Both the position numbers and the translations under genes were made by a program. The notes beneath the pieces were generated by a model. It did not search any database, was not told where the DNA came from, and was given only the letters and a program-made list of their open reading frames with translations. A stretch of 24,065 nucleotides of DNA, taken from a bacterium (GTDB lineage Bacteria; Krumholzibacteriota; Krumholzibacteriia; LZORAL124-64-63). Below, piece after piece: positions 1-7,377 of this stretch; positions within the stretch are counted from its first letter, which is position 1, and each line of letters starts with the position of its first letter. The stretch covers positions 1-24,065 of the forward strand of contig JANOEP010000017.1 of assembly GCA_031441465.1 (NCBI GenBank), in the 5' to 3' direction.

Positions 1-50
1 GCCATGCGTCTCGTGAAGAATTGTCCCCGCAGTACCTGATTGCCCGGTGT
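1..50. repeat. Copy 1 of a ~50-bp dispersed direct repeat, possibly an IS end; may extend left of the window
   Basis: 41/50 identical by manual alignment to 4544-4593, with an exact 17-bp core ATTGTCCCCGCAGTACC (20-36). It lies ~150 bp beyond the transposase stop codon. Confidence 0.8.
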
Positions 51-195
51 TACTGATGAAATCGCGTCCGAGTGTGTCGCACTCGCCGACAAATACAGCA
101 CCGAATCCTGCCGCAAACGTCAATGACGGATGAACGCATTCCCGCACGGACACACGTCGCCGTCCGTCGATCACGCCTAGATCGCCATCCCCGAC

Positions 196-918
196 TCAGG
201 CCGCGGCCCGATAGTATCTGCTGTGGAGCCCATTCACCATCGGTCGCCGCCGTACGGGCCCCGATGGCGGCGGTTCGACGTCGCGCCCATCCGGCGCGTC
301 CTTGCCCAGCCCGAGGTGCGTGCGCGATCCGTGGTAGTACTCGAGGTACTTCTTCAGGACTCGGCGCGTGTGTTCCTCGTTGAACACGATCATATGGTCC
401 AAACATTCGCGTTTGAGGGTGCCGACGACGCGCTCGCAGTAACCGTTCTGCCACGGACAACGAACGGCGATGCCGTAGATCTTGTCGTGATCGCGCAACA
501 GGAATCGCGGCGCCGAATCGAACGGGAACGCTTGGATCAGCTGCATCGCCGTCCACTCCGCCGTCGGGTGAGTGGTGACGTTGATATGCACGATACGCCG
601 CCGATCCAGCGACAACACGACGAATACGTAAAGCGTGCGAAACGTCACCGTCGGCACCGTCAGGAAGTCGATGGCCGCTGTTTCGTGCAGGTGGTTCTGC
701 AGGAAAGTCCTCCAGTTCTGTGTCGGTCGGCCGTGTCGTTTGATCATGTAACGGGCCGCCGTTGCTTCGCTCAGGAAGTAGCCGAGCATCATCAGCTCGC
801 CATGGATGCGCGGCGCTCCCCACGTGGGGTTCTCGCGCGACATCCGACGGATGAGTTCGATGACTTCCCGGGGAATACGCGGCCGTCCCACCTCCGTCGG
901 CCGGCTGTGCCTTATCAA
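196..918 (-). pseudogene. Degenerate DDE (rve integrase-core, IS3/IS481-like) transposase, N-terminally truncated with an internal in-frame deletion
   Basis: HTH segment 'ENPTWGAPRIHGEL', catalytic motifs 'AIDF', 'LLRDHD' and 'PWQNGYCERVVGTLKRECLDH', and C-terminal 'GLHSRY'. Only 18 residues separate the second D from E, against the canonical ~35. Similarity begins abruptly at 'SRP..GRPRI' next to an AT-rich segment. Confidence 0.85.
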
Positions 919-1074
919 TATCCCTCTACTTTGTTTTATAAGCAGTTATCGTTGGCCCACGTGAGTGATATTGGCTCTCATCAGATGCATCTCGTCTATG
1001 TATTTCGGCAAGATTGGCAGTTGCTGACATTTGCATAGAGATGATAGACGCGGATAGGCCACCGCCCGACCAGA

Positions 1075-1200
1075 GCGAGCGGGGCGAGACGGTCGCCAGC
1101 TGGGACGGACGCGACGGCCACGGACAGCGTATCGTCGCCGGCGTCGACTTCCTGCGTTGGAGCGACGGTGAACATGCCGCATGGCGGTTGCAGCGGCATG
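1075..1200 (+). pseudogene. Remnant of a C-terminal FlgD Ig-like domain
   Basis: Translates 'GETVASWDGRDGHGQRIVAGVDFLRWSDGEHAA', resembling the WDGRD.G..V.SGVYF.RL signature. The conserved Y is replaced by D, and there is no credible start or N-terminal portion. Confidence 0.6.
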
Positions 1201-1277
1201 GGACTAGTGTTGGGATGGTCCGTAATCGGTGACGTGGACGCGTCGCCGACCGTCACTCTTCAGCGAGGTGCAGGGCA

Positions 1278-1958
1278 ATGAACAGGCGAAACTGCCGATC
1301 GGCTTCCATGCTGCTGGTGCTGCTGGTGGCCGCCGGATGGAGCGGCACGGCCGGCGCGGGCGCGGATATCGATTTCGGGGCCGCGATCCGCGCCGGGGAT
1401 GACACGGAACTCTTCATGGCCATCTCGTCCCGTTACTTCGGTCGCGACCCCGGAGACGTGAGGGATTGGCGGGCGCGGTACCGTGATCCCGACGACGCCG
1501 CGGTGGCGCTGTTCTTGGCCGGGCGCTCGGGCACGCATCCGGAGGCCGTGTTCCAGCTGCGCAGCGGCGGTCTCTCCTGGTGGGAGGTGGGACGGCGGCT
1601 GGACGTCCAGCCGGAGGCGTGGTTCGTGCCCTGCTCGTACAGGCCCGGGCCCCCTTATGGCAGGGCCTATGGCTTCTGGCGCAAGTACGAGAGCAACCAC
1701 GACTACCGCTTCGAACTGAAGGACCGGGAAGTTCGCGACCTCGTCGCGGTCCGCATGCTGCACGACTACTACGGCATGAGCCCGGCCGTCGCGATGAAGT
1801 GGCGCTCGGGTCAGCAGGACGTCCAGTTGCTGATGGCCCGGGAATACCGCAAGCGCTATCCCCATGAACGCGCGGATCGGCCGGACGGGGACCGTCGTCA
1901 CGGTGACCGCGGCGAAGGGCACGGTAAGCACGGCGGGGGCAAGTCACGCAATAAATGA
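1278..1958 (+). CDS. Hypothetical exported protein with signal peptide and basic Gly/His/Lys-rich tail
   Basis: SD-like GAGGTG upstream. Signal peptide 'MLLVLLVAAGWSGTAGA', motifs 'LRSGGLSWWEV' and 'PGPPYGRAYGFW', low-complexity tail 'GHGKHGGGKSRNK'. GC3-rich codon usage. Confidence 0.85.
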   Translation: MNRRNCRSASMLLVLLVAAGWSGTAGAGADIDFGAAIRAGDDTELFMAISSRYFGRDPGDVRDWRARYRDPDDAAVALFLAGRSGTHPEAVFQLRSGGLSWWEVGRRLDVQPEAWFVPCSYRPGPPYGRAYGFWRKYESNHDYRFELKDREVRDLVAVRMLHDYYGMSPAVAMKWRSGQQDVQLLMAREYRKRYPHERADRPDGDRRHGDRGEGHGKHGGGKSRNK

Positions 1959-1983
1959 TCCGCGCGCGGTAAATGATCCGCGC
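1952..1983 (+). repeat. 14-bp direct repeat TAAATGATCCGCGC x2 (18-bp period) spanning the stop codon
   Basis: Exact copies at 1952-1965 and 1970-1983. Confidence 0.85.
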
Positions 1984-2030
1984 TCTCCACTCCGGACCGC
2001 TCCTCACACCATTCCGGCTCGGACAGGTGG

Positions 2031-2546
2031 TCATTTCAGAGTGAGGCACTTCCAACTGATCTGCCCAGGTCCCTCGACCTCGTACTCCAGGAGAGCTTCG
2101 CGCTCGTAATGACCGTCGCTGAGCACCACATACACCCAGTCCCTGCTCAGGATGATGGTCCGCTCCCGGTCCGGTCGGTACACCCACGGCTTGGGCGGGA
2201 CGTTGACCGGAAAGACTTCCGGGTGCCTTTCCAGGTTGTCGAGCAACTCGACCACGGGATCTCCCAGGCCCCGCTTCTTGAGGTATTCGAGGTCGGGTTG
2301 TGAGAGTCCGCGGGCGGCGGACGCCTCCCAGTTCGAAATCGCCACCTGCAGGGAATCCCTGAGGCCCACGGTGAGACGAGCCTGTTCGCTGAGGCTGTCG
2401 ATCCGGGCGATCAGTAACTTTTCCCGTGCCGCAGTTTCTTGCCCCCTGCCGCCGCACCCGGCGGCGACGATCGCCAGAATCGCGCACAGGGCGAGCGCAG
2501 CCAGGGCGCCGTGCCCCGGCTGCGCGTTCCCGTCATGTCGGGCCAT
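2031..2546 (-). CDS. Hypothetical lipoprotein
   Basis: Hydrophobic stretch ending in lipobox 'VAAG-C', a coiled segment, then 'YLKKRGLGDP..ELLDNLERHPE..ILSRDWVYVVLSDGH..LLEYEV..ISWK'. Start is uncertain (ATG 2546 or 2561). Confidence 0.8.
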   Translation of the reverse strand: MARHDGNAQPGHGALAALALCAILAIVAAGCGGRGQETAAREKLLIARIDSLSEQARLTVGLRDSLQVAISNWEASAARGLSQPDLEYLKKRGLGDPVVELLDNLERHPEVFPVNVPPKPWVYRPDRERTIILSRDWVYVVLSDGHYEREALLEYEVEGPGQISWKCLTLK

Positions 2547-2590
2547 CGTTCTCAAGCGCACACCGGCTTCGTGTTGCAGGTACCCGGCGA

Positions 2591-3916
2591 TCAGTCGTCG
2601 CAGTCGAGCACGGCGTCATCCAGGATCACCATGGTGTCGAGGATGCGGACCCGCGTGACGTGGCCGTCCGCGTCCGGGAGCACTTCCTGGACCACGCCGC
2701 GGATCCGGTCGAAGTGGCCGTTGAACCCGTGCAGGCGGCAGGCCTCCAGATGGTGGCTGTCGTCCTCGTTGAGGACCGTAACGTTGGCCCGCACGCGGTC
2801 GCCGATCGCCAGGTCGCCCGGATCGAAGTCGGCATCCGCGCCCACGTGTATCCAGGTACCCATGATCGCCACAGAGCGTTGTTCGGCATTCATCGCGGTC
2901 ACGGGCCCCGTGATGCGGTCCCAGCACGAGGTGTCGCCATCCTTGTCCTCGTCGTGATCGTCGCCGTCATCGAGTTCGCAGAAGCAGATGATGGAAGCGA
3001 TGAGCCGAGGCGGGTCCACGGCATACACACCCTTGACATGGACACAATCTCCGACCTGGATCGGCTCGGGCTGGTCCGTGAGCCGGCAGCCGAAGTTGGC
3101 CGCCAGGAAGCTGGACACTCCGCCCTCGTGTTCGACCAGCAGGACCTGCAGCTGTGGCGGAGTCGTCGGGCGCAGGTCCGGCCCGGACAGCAGGGTGACC
3201 GTGTAGTAGCCCGCCGGCAGGTCGTCGAGGCGGTAGACGCCGTTCTCGGCGGTCGTCGCCTGCCAGTGCGGGTCGCCGACGGCCTGGATGCGGATCTCGA
3301 CCCCGCCGATACCCGGTTCTTCGTGGTCGACGACCCCGTCCTCGTCGGCGTCGCGCCAGACGAGGCCGCCGATCGCTCCGCGCAGGGGATCCATCCCGAC
3401 GTCGATGCGCGCGGCGAAGCCGATCGAGACTCCCGCGGGTACCTGGAACTGCACCGTTCGCGGCAGACTCTCCTCGCCGGGGGCCCACACTGCATCGTCG
3501 CCGGCGAAATCGAACCGGAACGCCGCGCCAAGTCCGGTTTCGTCGTTGTCGGCGTTCAGCACCTCCACGCCCGGCGGCAGGAGCTGCAGGAAAGTCAGGT
3601 CGACTGGCTCCTGGTAGGTGTGCTGACCGGCATTGACGACCGAGAGCTCGACCACGCGCGCGCCGAGGCCGGTGTCGTAGCTCATGTCGCGGCCGCGAAT
3701 GAGGAATGGTCCCGGAGGCGGGATGGCGGTGTCGGCGCCGACCACGCTGGTGATCTCGAAGGTGATCGCGTCATCGGCGATGTCGCCGCGGAAGACGCCG
3801 GCCGTGTTTTCGGCGGTTGTGTTGGGCACCGTCGGATTGCTGTCACCGCTCTGGCATCCAACCAGCGCCAGGGCCGCCGTGACACCCAGGGCAAGAAGTC
3901 GCATTCGTGTTTGCAT
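2591..3916 (-). CDS. Lipoprotein with SdrD B-like domain and C-terminal DUF5666-like repeats (441 aa)
   Basis: Start reassigned to ATG 3916 (AAGGA upstream). Lipobox 'LVG-C'. SdrD-B signature 'AIGGLVWRDADEDG..DHEEPGIGGVEI..TTAENGVYRLDDLPAGYYTV..ANFG'. 'GDCVHVKG' and 'LAIGDRVRA' are DUF5666-like. Confidence 0.85.
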   Translation of the reverse strand: MQTRMRLLALGVTAALALVGCQSGDSNPTVPNTTAENTAGVFRGDIADDAITFEITSVVGADTAIPPPGPFLIRGRDMSYDTGLGARVVELSVVNAGQHTYQEPVDLTFLQLLPPGVEVLNADNDETGLGAAFRFDFAGDDAVWAPGEESLPRTVQFQVPAGVSIGFAARIDVGMDPLRGAIGGLVWRDADEDGVVDHEEPGIGGVEIRIQAVGDPHWQATTAENGVYRLDDLPAGYYTVTLLSGPDLRPTTPPQLQVLLVEHEGGVSSFLAANFGCRLTDQPEPIQVGDCVHVKGVYAVDPPRLIASIICFCELDDGDDHDEDKDGDTSCWDRITGPVTAMNAEQRSVAIMGTWIHVGADADFDPGDLAIGDRVRANVTVLNEDDSHHLEACRLHGFNGHFDRIRGVVQEVLPDADGHVTRVRILDTMVILDDAVLDCDD

Positions 3917-4349
3917 GTCTGGGTCCTTAGGCTGGGACGTCGAGAGGTGCGGGCGATCCCCGCGCCGTCGCGCCGGATCACGGGGGAGTGGTGACAGGAT
4001 AGCGTCGAAACGGCGTCCTGCACCGTCGCCGCGCGATTCTGTCGGAGCAGGGTCGAGCTTCGATCTGCAACGAAAATCTCCGCATCCGATCGAAACGGCA
4101 GCCATCCATGATGATCGAGATGACCGGGACGCCGGGACCATGATTGTGACGCAACAGCCTGACCATACAGGCGTTGCGCCGGTTGTCCGGAGCTTGCATT
4201 CAAGTCTGAAACGGACAAGAGGGCATGTTGAGCGACAACGTCGGAGAGCCCGAATGGGCGGGCGCATCGACAAGACGAAGGGCAGCACCGGCAACATCCG
4301 GAAGATCGCACCCTTGCCGTGTTTTCAACAGATTCAAGGGAGATAACAC

Positions 4350-4439
4350 TTGAGCTCGGAAACAATCATCATCATCGTGTTGGTCTTCATCCTGTTCGGC
4401 GGCGGCGGCGGCTACTACTGGGGCAGACGCCGGCGGTAG
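4350..4439 (+). CDS. 29-aa single-TM microprotein MSSETIIIIVLVFILFGGGGGYYWGRRRR (absent from the ORF track)
   Basis: SD AAGGGAG at 4336-4342, 7 nt before TTG 4350, and stop TAG at 4437-4439. Hydrophobic helix, poly-Gly, aromatic residues and a poly-Arg tail. GC3-rich codons. Confidence 0.75.
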   Translation: MSSETIIIIVLVFILFGGGGGYYWGRRRR

Positions 4440-4543
4440 GAACGTTCGCGGCGAACGCAGCCCGTCAATCTGATCGGTCTTGTTTCGTGATGATCATGTC
4501 GCCGTGGCCGCGCCGACCGGTGACCATCGTCAATACCCTATCT

Positions 4544-4593
4544 GCCTTGTGTCTCGTGGAGGATTGTCCCCGCAGTACCGGTTTGTCAGTTGT
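4544..4593. repeat. Copy 2 of the ~50-bp dispersed direct repeat
   Basis: Same orientation as 1-50, core ATTGTCCCCGCAGTACC at 4563-4579. Intergenic. Confidence 0.8.
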
Positions 4594-4752
4594 GGCTGGA
4601 CAGTCGCCGCGTGGCGGCTTCATTCACATTGCCAGGGGAGCAGGGCGGTCGGGAATTCTGGAAGGGACACCGCTGAACCTTACCGAGCGGGCAACGTACA
4701 ACACGGTATGTCTCGTCGAGCGGACTGCCCGACCGCCGGGAAAGGAGAACCC

Positions 4753-5289
4753 GTGGATCGCAAGGAATTCCTGAAGACCGCGTGTGGACTGGGGATGTGC
4801 GGATGCGCCATGAACCTCTTCGGAACGGCCGCTCCGTTGCTGGCCGCCGAGCCTCCGGCCGAAGATCAGCGACTGGAGTTTGCCCGGTACCAGATCGCGA
4901 AGCTGCTCGGCTTCATGGCTGCCGACGCGTCGGCGGAGACCAGCGCGGGGATCCTCGAGAAGACCGGCCGTGAGTGCGCGAAGCTGGGCCAGCTCGGGAC
5001 CAGGTTCAAGGACGATCCCGAGGGCTACTTCGCGGCCGCCAAGAAGAACTGGGGCACCGACTTTGCGTGGGACAGGGAGAAGGGGGCCGTCACCGTTGCG
5101 GTGGCCGAAGGGGATTGCGGCTGCCCGCTGGTCGACAAGCGGCGGACGCCGGCCGTCTGGTGCAACTGCTCCGTCGGGTACCAGAAGGAGAGTTTCGAGG
5201 CCATCTTCGGCAGGCCGGTCCAGGCCCGCCTGACGGAGTCCAAACTCAGCGGCGCCAAGCGCTGCGTCTTCGAGGTCACGCTATCGTAG
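4753..5289 (+). CDS. Cys-rich V4R/DUF6144-like putative metal-binding protein with Tat-like signal (178 aa)
   Basis: AAGGAG SD before GTG 4753. N-terminus 'MDRKEFLK' plus a hydrophobic stretch. Motifs 'GRECA', 'CGCP', 'WCNCSVGYQKESFEAIFGRPV' and 'G.KRCVFEV'. Confidence 0.8.
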   Translation: MDRKEFLKTACGLGMCGCAMNLFGTAAPLLAAEPPAEDQRLEFARYQIAKLLGFMAADASAETSAGILEKTGRECAKLGQLGTRFKDDPEGYFAAAKKNWGTDFAWDREKGAVTVAVAEGDCGCPLVDKRRTPAVWCNCSVGYQKESFEAIFGRPVQARLTESKLSGAKRCVFEVTLS

Positions 5290-5363
5290 CCGCCGGCGGA
5301 CGGTCCTTGGCCTGACCCCTTGCAACTGATCCGGCCCGGTGCTGGTTGCGGGGATCCCCGCTG

Positions 5364-6383
5364 CTAGCCCTGTCCGGTCGCCCGCCCCAACGCCGTCATG
5401 AGCAGCCAGGCGATCAGCGCCGCCGCCGGCCCGGTGAAGGCCCAAGCCCACACGATGCGCCCGGCCACACCCCAGCGTACGGCCGAGGTCCGGTGCATGG
5501 CGCCGACGCCCACGATGGCGCCGGTGATGGTGTGCGTCGTCGAGACGGGGATACCCGCCAGAGAGGCGCCGACGATGGTCAGCGCGCCGGCCGTCTCCGC
5601 GCAGAAGCCGCCGACGGGCTTCAGCTTGGTGATTCGCATGCCCATCGTGCGCACGATGCGCCAGCCGCCGGCCAGGGTGCCCAGGGCGATGGCGGCGTGG
5701 CAGGAGAGGATCAGCCAGAGCGGGATGTGGAACTCCGCCATGTAGAGGAAGCTGTCCTGCGGCACCATGTGGTGGCAGGAGACGAGCAGGATCGCGATGA
5801 TGCCCATCGTCTTCTGGGCGTCGTTCAGGCCGTGCCCCAGGGAGTAGCCGGCGGCGCTCAGCAGCTGCAGCCGGCGGAAGTGCTTGTCCAGCTTGTACGG
5901 CGTCGCGCGCCGGAAGAGCCAGGCCACGCCCAGCATGATCCCGAACCCGAGCACCATGCCGATCAGCGGCGCCAGCACGATGAACAGCCCGATGCGCAGC
6001 AGGCCGGCGGTCAACAGGGAGGCGACGCCGGCCTTGGCCACGGCCGCGCCCGCGAAGCCGCCGATCAGGGCGTGCGACGAGGAGGTCGGCAGACCCCACC
6101 ACCAGGTCAGCAGGTCCCAGGCGATCGCGCCGATCAGGCCGCACACGATCACGCCTGCGGTGACGACGTCGGCGCGGATGACGCCCTTGCCGATCGTCGC
6201 GGCCACGTGCGGCTCGAAGGTGAAGGCGGCCAGGAAGTTGAAGAACGCCGCCCACATCACCGCGTACTTGGGCGACAGCACGCGCGTGGAGACCACCGTC
6301 GCGATGGAGTTGGCGGCGTCGTGGAAGCCGTTGATGAAGTCGAAGATGAGTGCCACTAGGACGATGATGATGACGATGGTCAT
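5364..6383 (-). CDS. pit: Inorganic phosphate transporter, PiT family
   Basis: Signatures 'FDFINGFHDAANSIAT', 'GLPTSSSHALIGG', 'HGLNDAQKTMG' and 'GIPVSTTH'. Multi-TM profile. Confidence 0.96.
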   Translation of the reverse strand: MTIVIIIVLVALIFDFINGFHDAANSIATVVSTRVLSPKYAVMWAAFFNFLAAFTFEPHVAATIGKGVIRADVVTAGVIVCGLIGAIAWDLLTWWWGLPTSSSHALIGGFAGAAVAKAGVASLLTAGLLRIGLFIVLAPLIGMVLGFGIMLGVAWLFRRATPYKLDKHFRRLQLLSAAGYSLGHGLNDAQKTMGIIAILLVSCHHMVPQDSFLYMAEFHIPLWLILSCHAAIALGTLAGGWRIVRTMGMRITKLKPVGGFCAETAGALTIVGASLAGIPVSTTHTITGAIVGVGAMHRTSAVRWGVAGRIVWAWAFTGPAAALIAWLLMTALGRATGQG

Positions 6384-6427
6384 GGCGTGCCCGTCGGGCG
6401 GACCGCGACTCCGTGCGCGTTCGTCAT
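6380..6427 (-). other. Candidate 15-aa coupling mini-ORF (MTNAHGVAVRPTGTP) between DUF47 and pit
   Basis: SD GAGGTG (6439-6434) 6 nt before ATG 6427. Its TGA (6382-6380) overlaps the pit ATG (6383-6381) as ATGA. pit has no evident SD of its own. Confidence 0.5.
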
Positions 6428-6444
6428 GGGCGGCACCTCGCCGG

Positions 6445-7065
6445 CTAGGAATTCTTCAGGATGACCGACTCGATGACGTCGACGACGTCTTCGCAGCAGT
6501 CGGTCGCCTCTTCGAGGTTCTCGTAGATTTCCTTCAGCTTGAGGATCCGGATGGGGTCCTTCTCCTCGTCGAACAGGCGCGTGATGGCGCCGTGGTGCAC
6601 CACGTCCGCTTCGTGCTCCAGCCGGTGGACGTCCCGGCACAGTTCGATGATGCGCGTGTGGTGGCGCATGTTGTCCAGCAGCAGGAGCGCCGTTTTGATG
6701 GTCTCGACCGGCTTGATGAGCAGTTCCGCGTGCAGGATGAGATCCGGTGTGGGTTCCGCGATGCGGTAGCCCACGAGTCGGTGCGCGGCGGCGTCGATCA
6801 GGTCGAGGATGTCGTCCAGCTTCGAGATGATGGCGTGGATGTCCTCGCGGTCGATCGACGTGATGAAGGTCTTGTTCAGGGCCTCGAGCGTCTCGTGGGT
6901 GATGCGGTCGCCGTTGTTCTCGATCTCCTTGATCCTGGCGACCTTGGCGTCGAGGTCCCGGTAGTCGGCGACCATGTCCTTGAAGGCCTGCGCGCCTGCG
7001 AGGACGTTGTCCGCAGCCTGTTCGAAGTGCTCCAGGAAGTTGACCTGGGAGGGGAGGAACTTCAT
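6445..7065 (-). CDS. DUF47 / PhoU-like Pit accessory phosphate-transport regulator
   Basis: Motifs 'IKEIENNGDRITH..LNKTFITSIDREDI..LDDILD' and 'LEHEAD..KEIYENLEEATD.CEDV'. Directly upstream of pit. Confidence 0.93.
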   Translation of the reverse strand: MKFLPSQVNFLEHFEQAADNVLAGAQAFKDMVADYRDLDAKVARIKEIENNGDRITHETLEALNKTFITSIDREDIHAIISKLDDILDLIDAAAHRLVGYRIAEPTPDLILHAELLIKPVETIKTALLLLDNMRHHTRIIELCRDVHRLEHEADVVHHGAITRLFDEEKDPIRILKLKEIYENLEEATDCCEDVVDVIESVILKNS

Positions 7066-7121
7066 CGGCGCCTCACTGGCTGAAGGGGCACGGTGCGATC
7101 GCCCGGCCGACGATCAGCGCA

Positions 7122-7150
7122 ATTCTAGTCAGAGGTCGCCCGGGGGGCAA
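7122..7150 (-). promoter_or_regulatory. sigma70-type promoter for DUF47-pit
   Basis: Minus strand TTGCCC-N17-TAGAAT, ending ~57 nt upstream of the DUF47 ATG. Confidence 0.65.
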
Positions 7151-7377
7151 TCGTTAGTCGTGGTGGGTCGAGGCGGAGTTGATGACGAATCAACAAATAT
7201 TCGCCATCCTCATTTCGCGACTATCTCACGACCGGAACGGCTGTTAGGCAAGCGTATATATAAGACATGGCGACTCCTGTATCCGGCTGTAGATTGCTTT
7301 CATGTTCCGGCAGGTCGAGCGGCCAACCGGACGTGTAGATTCCGCTCGCGTGCATTAGGATCGAGGGGGTTTCACCC

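Noticed and set aside
3917..4297. N-terminal extension of the SdrD-B lipoprotein ORF (568 aa)
   Set aside because: The signal peptide and SD place the start at 3916, and the upstream translation looks non-coding.
4365..4412. (ATC)4 and (GGC)5 triplet runs as possible contingency microsatellites
   Set aside because: Explained as Ile4 and Gly5 codons of the 29-aa microprotein.
4674..4698. Possible ECF-sigma promoter TGAACC-N15-CGTA upstream of the Tat-like gene
   Set aside because: The motif is short and the spacing is not clearly canonical. It cannot be distinguished from chance.
7066..7377. Pho box upstream of DUF47-pit
   Set aside because: No CTGTCAT-like 11-bp-period direct repeats found by eye.
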